Source of the DNA: an uncultured Spirochaetota bacterium | Lineage (GTDB): Bacteria; Spirochaetota; Spirochaetia; SZUA-6; Fen-1364 | Length of the DNA stretch: 64,000 nt | Direction of reading: 5' to 3' | Assembly (NCBI GenBank): GCA_963781885.1 | Contig: CAWAHW010000001.1 | Location: 448,001-512,000 of the forward strand | In this document: positions 20,194 to 31,580 of the stretch, one piece after another | How positions within the stretch are numbered: position 1 is the stretch's first letter | Layout: the number at the start of each line of letters is the position of its first letter | The notes under the pieces: generated by a model | Told to the model about the DNA's origin: nothing | Databases searched by the model: none | Seen by the model: the letters and a program-made list of their open reading frames with translations, nothing else | Program-made: the position numbers and the translations under genes

Positions 20194-22588
20194 ATGGCGA
20201 GTGAAAAAAAAGGTACGCGCGACTCCTTCCATGAAAAAGGCAATCAGGGCGAGGCCGAGCGTGCGCTCCTGAAGACGCTGATTGATGCCGTGCCCGATCT
20301 TGTCTACCAGAAGGACCTGCGTGGACGATATGTGTTTGCGAATCGATCGTTTGCAGAAATCGCCGGATTGAGCGATTCGAAGGACGTGATCGGCAGGACG
20401 GACCGAGAGGTCTTCCCAAGAGAGATTGCGGACAAGCTCATCTGCGGATGACCGAATTGTCATTGAAGCAGCCCGGCAGCAGGAAAACATCGAAGAACCC
20501 GTCGTGTCCGCATCTGGATCGCTCTCGTGGGTGCTGACCACCAGGGTGCCTCTCTTCGACGAGACAGGACGCGTCACCGGGCTCGTTGGCATCGGCCGCG
20601 ACATCACCAGGCGAAAGGAGCGGGAAGACAAGAACCAGCAACTCGCAACGCTGGTGGAATCATCCGACGACGCCATCGTCAGTTTCGATCTTGATCGCAG
20701 GGTCACGGCGTGGAACGGAGCGGCGGAGCGACTCTACGGATACACGGCAGAGGAAATGATCGGCGCACCGACGTCTCTGACAATTCCACCCGAGTTGGAG
20801 GCGGAAGCGCGGCTCGTGCGCGAGCGCGTCATGCAGGGCGAACAAGTCACGCGCTATGAAACGACGCGTCTGCGCAAGGACGCATCGAGGGTCTCGGTTT
20901 CCCTGACTCTCTTCGCAACCCGCAACGTGGAAGGCGCCATTGTGGGCCTTGCGTCGGTTGCCCGCGATATCACGGAGCAGAAGAGAGCAGAGGAGGTGCT
21001 GCGGGAATCTGAACGGCGACTCACCGATATCTTCGATTTCCTGCCAGATGCCACGTTTGCCATCGACACGGGAGGAACAGTCACCGCCTGGAACCGGGCC
21101 ATTGAAAAGATGACGGGCTGGACGAAAGAGCAAATGCTCGGCTGTCGCGACAATGACTATGCCATCCCGTTCTACGGCGAGCGCCGCCCCATCCTCATTG
21201 ATCTTGCATTCTATGACCAAGAGGAAATTGCGCAAAAATACGCGTTCGTTGAACGAAACGGGGATACCTGCACCGCGGAAATCTTCGCTCCTGTGCTCCA
21301 TGATGGCGAAGGGGCCTATTTGTGGGGGGTCGCCACTCTCTTGAGGAATGAAAAAAGCGTCGTTGTCGGTGCCATCGAATCGATCCGCGACATCACTGAC
21401 CGAAAGAAGGCGGAGGAAGAGAAGGCCAGGCTCGAAGCGTGGCTTCTGCAGGCTCAGAAGATGGAATCCGTGGGGCGCCTGGCAGGCGGTGTCGCCCACG
21501 ATTTCAACAACATGCTGGGCGTCATCCTCGGCCATACGGAGATGGCACTGGAAGAGGTGGACTCGACAGAGCCGCTCCATGCCGACTTGGAAGAAATTCG
21601 CAAGGCAGCCTCGCGCTCCGCCGACTTGACTCGTCAACTGCTGGCCTTTGCCCGCAAGCAGGCCGTTGCGCCCAGGGTGCTGGACTTGAACGAGACAATT
21701 GGAGAGATGCTCACGATGCTGAAGCGGCTGGTCGGGGAGAATGTCCACCTTGTATGGCAGCCGAAGGCAGACCTGTGGCCGGTCATGGTGGACCGCTCCC
21801 AGATTGACCAGCTCCTGACCAACCTGTGTGTCAACGCCCGTGACGCCATTGTCGACGTGGGCCAGATCACCATCGAGACGGGAAACAGCATAATCGATGA
21901 CGCCTTCTGCGCCGATCACGCGGGATTCGTGCCGGGAGAGTATGCGCTGCTTGCCGTCGCCGATGATGGCCACGGCATGGACAAGGAAACGCAGTCTCAT
22001 CTTTTCGAGCCTTTCTTCACCACGAAGGGGATCGGGAAGGGAACCGGCCTGGGACTGGCGACAGTCTACGGCATCGTCAAGCAGAACTACGGCTTCATCA
22101 ATGTTTCCAGCACGCCAGGCAATGGATCAAGGTTCACGATCTATATGCCTCGGTATTTGGGCAACACGGAGCAAACGCGGGGACAGCGGGCGGAGCCGTC
22201 GGCCATGGCCCCGCGCGGGCGGGAGACCATCCTGCTGGTGGAAGACGAGCCGGCCAGCCTGAGACTGATCAGCAAGATGCTCGAAAAGCAGGGGTACACC
22301 GTATTGGCCGCAGGCACGCCAGGGGAAGCAATCCGCATGGCCCGCGAGCACGCCGGGGAGATTCACTTGTTGGCAACCGACGTGATAATGCCCGAAATGA
22401 ATGGCCGCGATCTGGCCAGGAATCTGCTGTCCCTTTTTCCGCGTCTCAAGATCTTGTTCGCGTCGGGATATACGGCCGATGTCATCACTCACCAAGGCGT
22501 CCTGGATGAGGGAGTGCACTTCATCCAGAAGCCCTTTTCGAGAAAAAAGCTGGCGGAAAAAGTGCGCGAAGTGCTGGAGAGCGAATGA
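20194..22588 (+). CDS. Multi-PAS hybrid histidine kinase/response regulator (frameshift near 20440)
   Basis: ORFs 20170..20451 and 20426..22588 join inside PAS1. GGVAHDFNN, NARDA, GTGLGL, receiver LVEDE..TDVIMP. Confidence 0.92.
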
Positions 22589-22649
22589 GGAGACATCGTG
22601 CGCTTCCCCCGCGCTCGACAGGACGGTGAGGAGAACACGCGCACCACTT

Positions 22650-22890
22650 TAAACCAGCGTGCAGCGCGAGGCCGGAGCGACGACGAGCAAAGCTGCGACA
22701 TCGCTGTTTTGCGAGGGCGGGGAGCCTCACGATCAGGCCATTCGCTGCCGCCCAGAGGGAGGTAGACGCACCCCGCGGCGAGGCAGCCGATCGCCATGGA
22801 GTTGTGCATGGGCTGCTTGTCTCTTGCCGTCAGTTGGGCGCCTGCGTAGAACAGGATGCCGACCGCGCACGCCAGAAGCAGGTGCGGCAT
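22650..22890 (-). pseudogene. Degraded 5' remnant of a membrane protein gene
   Basis: AGGAG RBS, then ATG 22890. Hydrophobic MPHLLLACAVGILFYAGAQL.. continues only through frame changes. Confidence 0.3.
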
Positions 22891-23664
22891 GGGCTATTAT
22901 CTCCTGGTTCAGGAAAAAAGTTCAAGTTTTTTTCTTGGACGAAAGTCCCGTCCCCTTTGCTCTACAATGGCTGTATTCCTACGACTTATGCGCGCCTCAA
23001 GCGTCAGCGAAAGGGCAGCGCGCCCACGTGCGACAACTGATCGGTAATCCGCGCTGTGAAGCTCTTCGAGCCGTCCGTACCCAGTGTCGCGCCATTCACA
23101 GAGAAGGGGACCCCGTTTGAAATTTCCGATGCCGTCAGTGTATGTGTTGCGATTGAGCCGCCATTGAGAAGTGTCAACGTTACCGGCACCTTTGGCGGAT
23201 CAGGCACGGCCTGGTACGTCACCTATACGGTATCCAGCGGGGACACGAACCAAGCGCAGGGTGGCATTCCCATCAGCGTCGCGCTCAAAGATGCCGCGGG
23301 AAACACATGCTCCCCCTATACAACAGTGACGGGCGGCACCCCGGGAGTGGATACGTTTGCGCCTGTCATCACCTCCGCCAGCTTCAGCCAGCCCAGCGGC
23401 TGGCTCAAGGCCGGCTCTTCCGTCACGCTGAGCATCACGACCGCGTTATCAGAGACCGGGCTGACGCCAAGCTCTATCACCGTCAACGGTGTCAACGTTA
23501 CCGGCACCTTCGGCGGGTCAGACACTAACTGGCACGCAACCTATATGGCCTCCGTCGGGGATACATACCGCGCGCAGGGTGCCATTCCCGTCAGCATCGC
23601 GCTGACAGATGCCGCAGGGAACACGTACTCCACCAGCGCGGTCACGGGGAACACTCTGGGGGTA

Positions 23665-24394
23665 GATACGGTTGCGCCCAGTGGCTACTCGGCGTCGATC
23701 ACGCAGCCGTATGTCAACAGTTCCAACGTCTCCTCAGTGAACATGAGCTTTGCCGGTGCGGAGACGGATGACTCCTACAGTTACAGCATATCCAGCTCGG
23801 GGGGAACGTGGGGTCCAATAACGGGTACTGTCAGCTCTTCCAACCAATCATTCTACGGTCTCAACCTGAGCGGCCTGGGCGACGGCACGCTCACGGTGTC
23901 GCTGACCCTCACCGACCCTGCCGGCAACATGGGCACACCTGCCGTAACCACCAAGACAAAGGATACCATGGCGCCCAGTGGCTACTCGGCGTCGATCACG
24001 CAGCCGTATGTCAATGCTTCCAACTTCAATTCAGTGAGCATGAGCTTTGCCGGTGCGGAGAAGGATGACTCCTACAGTTGCAGCATATCCAGCTCGGGGG
24101 GCGGAACGTTGATCCTATCGGGTACCGTGACATCTCCCACCCAAACATTCTCCGGTCTCAACCTGAGCGGCCTGGGCGACGGCACGCTCACGGTGTCCCT
24201 GACCCTCACCGACCCTGCCGGCAACCTGGGCACACCCGCCGCAACCACCAAGACAAAGGATACCATGGCGCCCAGTGGCTACTCGGCGTCGATCAACCAG
24301 CTTTATGTCAACAGTTCCAACGTCTTTTCAGTGAACATGAGCTTTGCCGGTGCGGAGGTGGGCGCCTCCTACAGTTACAGCATTTCCAGCTTAG
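23665..24394 (+). repeat. 297-bp tandem coding repeats (Ig-like units)
   Basis: GATAC..GCGCCCAGTGGCTACTCGGCGTCGATC starts at 23665, 23962 and 24259. The third unit continues after the IS at 25691-25854. Confidence 0.9.
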
Positions 24395-25686
24395 CAGGGT
24401 GTTGAAAAACTCAGCTTTTCATTGAGTAAGGCTTCGTTCCTTGGTAATCTTGTGAAGCAGGATTTCCAGGGAGGGAGTCGATGAGAGGCGCGAATCAGGA
24501 ACAAGACAGCATCTTTAGTTATCACTCACCTGCAGACCGTGTGCCGTCTAACCATCCGCTACGGGTGGTAAAGGAAATGGCGAATCGGGCTTTGAAGGGA
24601 CTGTCGGCAGATTTCAACAAGATGTATTCCGCTACCGGTCGGCCATCGATTCCGCCGGAGAAGCTCATTCGGGCGCTGTTGCTCCAGGTGTTGTACTCCA
24701 TCCGCAGTGAAAGGCTACTGATGGAGGAATTGAACTATAATCTGTTGTTCCGCTGGTTCGTCGGACTGTCGATGGAAGACGAGGTTCTGGGACCACTCCA
24801 CATTCTCCAAGAATCGGGATCGGCTGCTGAACGCGGACATCGTGGCGAAGTTTTTTATCCAGATTAGGGAGCAGGCCCGAGAGCAGGGGCTGCTGTCTGA
24901 TGAGCATTTCACTGTCGACGGGACACTCATTGAAGCCTGGGCATCTCAAAAGAGCTTCCAGCCGAAAGAGGGAGGACCCTCGGGACCAACAAGTGGCGAA
25001 AACGGTCGCAACGCAGATGTTGACTACCGCGGAGAAAAGAGGAGCAACGAGACACACGCCTCGACGACGGACCCCGATGCACGGCTGTCAAAGAAGAGCC
25101 ACGGAGGGGAAGCACGGCTGAGCTATATGGGCCACCTGCTGATGGAAAACCGCAACGGGTTGGTGGTGGAGCATCGCCTGAGCATCAGCAGCGGTACCGC
25201 CGAGCCAGAGGCGGCCGTGGAGATGGTGAAAGCGATCCCGGGCAATTACCGCATTACCGTTGGCATGGACAAGGGCTACGACAGAAGATCTTGTGTCAAG
25301 GAGTTGCGTAAGCTGAACGCTACTCCCCACGTTGCGCAGCGCAAGGATCATTCCGCCGTTGATGGACGCACCGTTCGTTGCGAAGGCTATGTGATCAGTC
25401 AGCGCGTTCGCAAACGAGTGGAAGAGATCTTTGGCTGGATGAAGACCGTCGGAGGATATCGAAAGACTCGCTTCCGTGGGGTACAACGCGTCGGTTGGGG
25501 ATTCACTCTTGCCATGGCCGTCTACAATATGGTCCGAATCCGCAATCTGTCGGCTCAGCTATCCGTGTAGAGGCCAAACGGGGCCAAGCCCACAATGGCC
25601 CCAATTTCTGATCCGCAATCGAGGACCCCAAATAGCACCGCTGAGGAGATAATGATTTCTCCAACAAGAACTTCTTCAACACCCTG
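24395..25686 (+). mobile_element. IS5/IS1182-type insertion sequence, 1292 bp
   Basis: Terminal IRs CAGGGTGTTGAAAAA (24395) and TTCTTCAACACCCTG (ending 25686). TTAG direct repeat at 24391-24394 and 25687-25690. Confidence 0.95.
24481..25570 (+). CDS. DDE transposase (frameshift near 24786)
   Basis: GRPSIPPEKL..YSIRSER..FRWFVGL, WDHSTFSKNRDRL, FTVDGTLIEAWAS, MDKGYD, RKRVEEIFGWMK. Confidence 0.92.
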
Positions 25687-26391
25687 TTAGGAGGAGGAGC
25701 GCCGGTCACGGGAACGGGCACTGTCATCTCGCCCACCCAATCCGTCTCAGGTCTCAACCTGAGCGGCCTGGGCGACGGCACGCTCACGGTGTCCCTGACC
25801 CTCACCGACCCGGCCGGCAACGCGGGCAGCCCTGCCGTAACCACAATAACAAAGGACACCGTGGCGCCTACAGCGTTCAGTGTGCAGTGCATGCGCCCAA
25901 ACGTAAACGTCTATTTCTCCGAAGGTGTTTATGGGGACTTAGGTGCTACCAGCCAACTGGGCATCAATAGCGTGTCGATATTTGATCAAACGCATCCCTC
26001 CTACACCGCGAACGTCACTGGGGTCGGGCACGGCCCGGGAATGCCCTCCGCAACATTCTACGTCAACTGGTCATATACGCCGCCCGGCGGGAGACATAGT
26101 CGTGGTGGTGGCGAATATGAACCAGATCTTCGACGCCGTGGGAAATGCGATCCCCGCCGGCCCGCTCGGCCAGGTAACGTGGCAGTGAAATGGAAGAGGC
26201 GCCCGCCGTGCGGTCACCCCCGTTGACGCTCCGCACAGAGGACGTCGACAGAGTCTGCCCGGTTGTCACGAAGAGGCACAGCTTGATGCGACGTTGACGC
26301 GTTTCTGTCTTCTGCCTATAAAGGGTGGCATATACCACGCGTCGGAAAACCCTTACAAAGTGAGCAAACGCTCGATTTCCAGAAAGCCGGA

Positions 26392-27108
26392 ATGAGGGGT
26401 TCTGCATTTTGCGCCGTGGTCCTTTGCCTATGCGCTCTCTCCGCCTGCGCCTCTCGGGGACATATCTCGGGCATTGAGATCGACCCGGCTGCATACTCCC
26501 ACCTGCCGGAAAGGGCCGTGATAAAGGTCGTTCTCATTCCACAAAACGACACGAAATCCTGCGCAACAACCTCCATCGCCATGGTCATCTCGTACTTCGA
26601 GGGGCGAAATAATGATCCCTTGGACAAGGAAGAGGTTTGGAAGATCTCAGGGACGAGCGAGCTTGTCGTGCATACCGTGGGCAACGACATGGCCGGCCTT
26701 TCGCAGATTGCGAAGCATTACGGCTACAGGAGTGAGTACGCCCAGGGCGTCACGCTGGAGCAGCTGGAGTACCTGCTCTCGAAGGGCATCCCCGTCATGG
26801 TGAATATCCGGCCCGATCCGATGAAATCGGCCACGCATGCATTGCTGATCGTCGGCTATGACAGGAACAGCCGGCTTTTCTACCTGAACGATCCCTCGCT
26901 CGTATTCAATGTGATGACTTTCGACGCTTTCGAGGCGCGGTGGTTTGCTTATTTGAGCTCGCCTCTTGGGATGTCGCGCAGGAGCGTCTTTATCGTCTAT
27001 CCCAAGGACGGCTGGAAAGTGGACGATGGTGTTCCAGCGGGCAGGGCGGACTTTCGGATATCACCCGGTCAAGGAACGTCTTGGCGAGTGTCACCGGATA
27101 TGGGATGA
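26392..27108 (+). CDS. C39-like cysteine peptidase lipoprotein
   Basis: Lipobox LSA-C. QNDTKSCATTSIAMV (Gln/Cys) and HALLIVGYD..YLNDP (His/Asp). Confidence 0.85.
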   Translation: MRGSAFCAVVLCLCALSACASRGHISGIEIDPAAYSHLPERAVIKVVLIPQNDTKSCATTSIAMVISYFEGRNNDPLDKEEVWKISGTSELVVHTVGNDMAGLSQIAKHYGYRSEYAQGVTLEQLEYLLSKGIPVMVNIRPDPMKSATHALLIVGYDRNSRLFYLNDPSLVFNVMTFDAFEARWFAYLSSPLGMSRRSVFIVYPKDGWKVDDGVPAGRADFRISPGQGTSWRVSPDMG

Positions 27109-27139
27109 CTCAATGTGCAGATGATACCGGAGGCAACAA

Positions 27140-28501
27140 ATGGGAAAGATGGCAAGCGTAGCGATGGTTCTTGCGGTGGCATGGGTGACGTCTACATATG
27201 CACAGACAGACCTTCTTGAGCTTGCGGGAAGCGGAACACCACAGGAGGTTCAGGCAGCCATCGACAACGGCGCGGACGTGTCGGCTCGAGACGCGAATGA
27301 AAGAACCCCGATAATGTACGCCGCCTGGAAGAATCCGGATCCCGACGTGATCACGACGCTTCTGAAGGCGGGGGCGAAGGTAAATGTTCAAGACATGGAT
27401 GGCAGCACCGCGCTGATGCTCGCCGCAGGTGGGGACCCTATGAATAGCAACAGCATAGAAGTGATGGCCGCGCTTCTGAAAGCGGGCGCAGACGTGAATG
27501 CCGGGGATAGCGTCGGCACCACCGCGTTGATGCTCGCCGCCCGGCATAATCACCCCGCGGCGATCGCTCTGCTCCTCAAGGCGGGGGCAAAAGTGAATGC
27601 GCAGAACAGCAGCGGCAGCACGTCTCTGATGTGGGCCGTCTATAACCCGGATCCCGAGGTGATTGTTGCACTCTTAAAAGCCGGCGCGGATGCGAAGGTG
27701 AAAGACGTAGAGGGAAAGACCGCCTTTGATTCTGCCCAGGAAAATGAAAACTTGAGAGGGACCGATGCCTGGGCTTCTTTGGCGGCGGCGGACTTCTTGA
27801 GCTTTGTAAAGGACGGAACGGTACAGGACATCCGGGCCGCCCTTGACAATGGCGCGAGCATCAAGACCGCAAACCGCGACGGAACGACAGCGTTGATGAG
27901 TGCTGCCGGCTACAATCAAAATCCTGAGGTCATCACGGCGCTCATTGCGGCGGGAGCGGACATCAAGGCCCGGGACAAACATGGATTTACTCCGTTGATG
28001 TGGGCAGCCACGTACAATCCAAACCCGGATGTGATCACCGCGCTTGTTTCGGCGGGAGCAGATATCAAGACCGTTGACAAGGATGGTGCGCCGGTTTTGA
28101 AGTGGGCCATCTGGAACCAACAGAACACTGATGTGATGAACGCCCTTCTTGCCGCGGGAGCGCAGGTCAAGACGCGAGATGCTGCGGGCGTTACTCCGTT
28201 GATGTGGGCGGCGGCATACAGCCAGGAACCCGCGGCGCTCCGTGTGCTTCTTGCAGCCGGTGCGGACGTGAATGCGCGTGACAGCGATGGCTGGACTCCC
28301 CTGATGTACGCTCTCAGCTCAAAGGACGCGGAAAGGCCAATCAAATACGTCTATCCCGAAGTGATCATTGCTCTTCTGGATGCGGGCGCCGACGCAACAA
28401 TAAGAAACAAAGCGGGGAAGAATGCCCTTTCTTACGCAGAACGTGTCCTGAGCCTGAAAGGGACGGACGCCTTTCAGAAACTTGAAGAAGCGTCGAAGTA
28501 G
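27140..28501 (+). CDS. Secreted ankyrin-repeat protein (two tandem modules)
   Basis: Signal peptide ending STYA-Q, many TxLMxAA..LLxAGADVN repeats, GGAGG RBS. Confidence 0.92.
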   Translation: MGKMASVAMVLAVAWVTSTYAQTDLLELAGSGTPQEVQAAIDNGADVSARDANERTPIMYAAWKNPDPDVITTLLKAGAKVNVQDMDGSTALMLAAGGDPMNSNSIEVMAALLKAGADVNAGDSVGTTALMLAARHNHPAAIALLLKAGAKVNAQNSSGSTSLMWAVYNPDPEVIVALLKAGADAKVKDVEGKTAFDSAQENENLRGTDAWASLAAADFLSFVKDGTVQDIRAALDNGASIKTANRDGTTALMSAAGYNQNPEVITALIAAGADIKARDKHGFTPLMWAATYNPNPDVITALVSAGADIKTVDKDGAPVLKWAIWNQQNTDVMNALLAAGAQVKTRDAAGVTPLMWAAAYSQEPAALRVLLAAGADVNARDSDGWTPLMYALSSKDAERPIKYVYPEVIIALLDAGADATIRNKAGKNALSYAERVLSLKGTDAFQKLEEASK

Positions 28502-28609
28502 GCGCAAAGTCACCCGACGACGTGCGACGGCAAGCCGCCGCGGCGCGCGGCGTCTTTGGCGCTTTTCGGTGGTGCCGCGGGTCAATAGTCTCTGCCGTTC
28601 AGCCGCAGC

Positions 28610-29101
28610 TCACTGACTGAAGAAAGCGCCGACGATGGGTATCACCATTCCCAGGAAAGTCGTGGCCAGGTTCTTCACGATATCGGGTGTTTCAGGGCTC
28701 CGAAAAATCCAGGTCGCAATGGCAGCGGCTCCCCACACGATGTACACCAGCGCATAGGCGCTGAGAAGGGCGGGTTGCAGAACGACGGCTGTTGGGGCCC
28801 CGGGAATACTGCTCAGACCTTTGAGGTTTCTCTTCAGTCGGCTGGTCGCGCCGTCCTGGGGCGGCTTCAAACCGAAGCTGACCGCCACGATTCCTCCCAC
28901 GAGCGCGGCTACTGCCGTCGCAACATAGAGGAGCGCTTCGCTGTATTCCGGAGGTAGGCCGGGGGAGGCTGCCCACGTCTGATACATTGCCCATGCAAAA
29001 ATGCCGGCGAAGGCGAGCCCCGTCAGGATGACCATCAAGGCCGTGAGGATTGTCCGAACGACTTCCGGCAAGGCTCCCGCTGGCGTGGTTGGACTTGACA
29101 T
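28610..29101 (-). CDS. Hypothetical membrane protein (about 4 TM)
   Basis: AAGGAG RBS before ATG 29101, hydrophobic helices. Confidence 0.75.
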   Translation of the reverse strand: MSSPTTPAGALPEVVRTILTALMVILTGLAFAGIFAWAMYQTWAASPGLPPEYSEALLYVATAVAALVGGIVAVSFGLKPPQDGATSRLKRNLKGLSSIPGAPTAVVLQPALLSAYALVYIVWGAAAIATWIFRSPETPDIVKNLATTFLGMVIPIVGAFFSQ

Positions 29102-29200
29102 TTCAGTCTCCTTTTTAAAAATAGCTTTTTCGACATGATATACCCTGGTCCGAACCGGCGCCAGAGGCCCCTCCCGAACGCGGAAGAAGCTTCGCGGCGC

Positions 29201-29228
29201 TTGACATGCCGGAGGGGCATGATATTCT
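29201..29228 (+). promoter_or_regulatory. sigma70-type promoter upstream of the S53 peptidase
   Basis: TTGACA-16 nt-TATTCT with a TG extension. Confidence 0.55.
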
Positions 29229-29452
29229 GAAAAAAAGGAGAGCAAAAAGCAGCAAGGAAAATATATCTGCGAATTGCGGTCTGAGCTTCAACACGGAGCG
29301 GCCGCAGGAACGGTTGCCATTGCGGGTGTCGAGGCACTCGCCCCACCAGCCAGCGCCATTGCAGCATGTGCCATCATCGACACAATCACCAACCATGGAC
29401 GGATGGATGCCCATCTCAATAAAAGAGTAACCAGGAAAAAAGGAGCAATGTC

Positions 29453-31092
29453 ATGGCGACAATCGATATGAGTGATCGCAAAGTATTTCACGACAGCGTG
29501 ACCGCGATTCAAGCGGAGCACGGTCTCACGGTGGACGGGCTGATGGTCAGCGAGGCCCTGCCCGAACATCGAACGGAAAAGATGACGCTTCACTTCTCGC
29601 TGGATATCCCGCCCCGGCGCAGGCGGAATTGGAAGAAAAGGTCGCCGGCGGCCAAGTTGTCACCCCAGAAGAGCTGAAGAAGGACTATGGGCCGGCCGAT
29701 GAGGACGTCAAGAAGCTTGAGGCGTGGCTGAAACAGGAAGGGTTCGAGATTCTGCCCGTTCAACAAGACGGCAGCAGCATCTATGCGCGAGCGAGCGTGG
29801 GCCAGATCGAGAAGAGTCTGGCCGTCAGGACGGTTCGCGTGACCAAGGAAGGTGTCACGTACACCGCCGCGCAGGACGCGCCGAGCCTGCCGGTCGATGT
29901 GGGCAGGGCCGTTCATGCCATCATCGGGTTGCAGCCGTATCGGAAAGCCCGCAAGCATTTCCGGGTCATGAGTCCCCGGGAGGAAAATCGGATCTCGCTC
30001 GGAACGGGCGATGGTCCGGCGGCATCTCCATCACCGAACGTGGCAAATCACCCGCCCTACCTCGTGTCGGAGATACTCGGCGCTTATGACGCAAAGAACC
30101 TGGGCGTCACCGGACATGGCCAGACGATCGCCATCCTGATCGACACTTTCCCCGCCGACGCGGACCTGACGGCGTTTTGGAGGGCGAATGGCGTGCCCTG
30201 CACCCTGACGCAAATCCAGAAGATCAATGTCACGGGCGGAGCGCTTCCCGCGCAGGAAGGCGAAGAGACGCTTGACGCTTCATGGGCCAGCGGAATCGCG
30301 CCGGGGGCGACCATCAGAATCTACGCCACCGGCTCGCTCAGCTTCGTGAACCTTGACATGGCTCTTGACCGCATCATCACGGACCTGGCGACGGTGCCGG
30401 GCATGCGTCAGTTGTCCATCAGTCTCGGCCTTGGCGAACACTACATGGGGGGCGCCAACGGCGAGGTTGCCACGCAGCATCAGAAGTTCTTGAAGCTTGC
30501 CGCTGCCGGCGTCAATGTCTTCGTTTCCAGCGGAGATGCGGGGTCAAATCCCGACAGCACGGGGCATAGCCCGAGCGGTCCCACCCAGGCCGAGTACGAG
30601 TCTTCCGATTCCTGCGTCGTCGGCGTCGGCGGCACCAGTTTGAAGCTGAACGCAACGGGCGCCATCGCCGGTGAAACGGGATGGACGAGCAGCGGCGGCG
30701 GAAAGAGCATTTTTTTCACTCGCCCTTCTTGGCAAACCGGGGCTGGCGTGCCGGCGGGAAAGAACAGGCTGGTTCCCGACGTCAGCCTTACCGCCGATCC
30801 CAACGAGGGCGCCTATCTCGTGCTGCACGGGCATGTCGTCCAGATTGGCGGAACAAGCTGGAGCGCGCCCGTCTGGGCCGGTTTCTGCGCACTGATCAAT
30901 GAGGCACGCCAGAAGGCGCGCAAGCCCTTGCTGTCATTTCTCAACCCGTTGCTGTACCCGCTGGCACGCACGCCGTGTTTCCGCGACATTCAATCCGGGA
31001 ATAATGGCGCATACAGCGCGGGGCCTGGATACGACATGGTCACCGGACTCGGCGTGCCGGATATCGCGCAGCTCATCAAGATACTGAAGTAA
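29453..31092 (+). CDS. S53 (sedolisin/kumamolisin-like) peptidase with prodomain (frameshift near 29612)
   Basis: EETLD (Glu/Asp), SSGDAG, VPDVS, GGTSWSAP (Ser), GYDMVTGLG Ca-binding tail. Confidence 0.92.
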
Positions 31093-31133
31093 CTGATTTG
31101 AATGGAAACGGCCTCCGCCAGGAGGCCGTTTGA

Positions 31134-31580
31134 TCATGAGCGGTCTTCTTCCTGGGACAATCGATACAGATTCTGCAGAAAGCCGTCCTTCCGATTTCCC
31201 AGGCGATCGAGAAAGAACTGCCGGTCAAAGGTCTCGACGATGGGGACGGCCCGGTCGGCGACCGTGGCGCCCTTTGGGGTGATTCGCAGCACCTTGGCGC
31301 GCCGATCCCGATCGTCGTCCTGCCGGTCGACCCAGCCTTTGGTTGCCAGTGTCCTGATCACCGCCGAGACGGTCATTTCATCGCATCCCGTATGCTTCGA
31401 CAGCTCGACCTGGCTTGATCCATCGAGCCATCTCAGGCTGGCAAGAAGGACATATTGGGTATGGGTCAGGTCGAGGGGGGCCAGCAGATCGCGGATACCC
31501 CGTTGCCAGAGGGCCGAGACCTTCCAGAACAGGTATCCCGAGCTCTGGTTGGCGGTCTCAACCGAGAATGGTCCCTTCAT
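31134..31580 (-). CDS. MarR-family regulator
   Basis: LTHTQYVLL..MTVSAVIRTL..DRRAK winged helix. Confidence 0.9.
   Translation of the reverse strand: MKGPFSVETANQSSGYLFWKVSALWQRGIRDLLAPLDLTHTQYVLLASLRWLDGSSQVELSKHTGCDEMTVSAVIRTLATKGWVDRQDDDRDRRAKVLRITPKGATVADRAVPIVETFDRQFFLDRLGNRKDGFLQNLYRLSQEEDRS

Larger units (their letters stand above)
23171..26188 (+). pseudogene. Ig-like repeat surface protein gene, 5'-truncated and IS-interrupted
   Basis: Ser/Thr-rich repeats LTDxAGN..DTxAP. The frame is restored on removing the IS and one TTAG copy. A further frameshift lies near 26085, ending LGQVTWQ*. Confidence 0.85.

Noticed and set aside
23665-24394. Repeats considered as a CRISPR array or DGR template/variable pair
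   Set aside because: The units are 297-bp coding repeats with no spacers. No cas or reverse transcriptase gene is present, and the differences are not adenine-specific.
29229-29452. Riboswitch in the long S53 leader
   Set aside because: No recognisable aptamer consensus. An Rfam scan would be needed.
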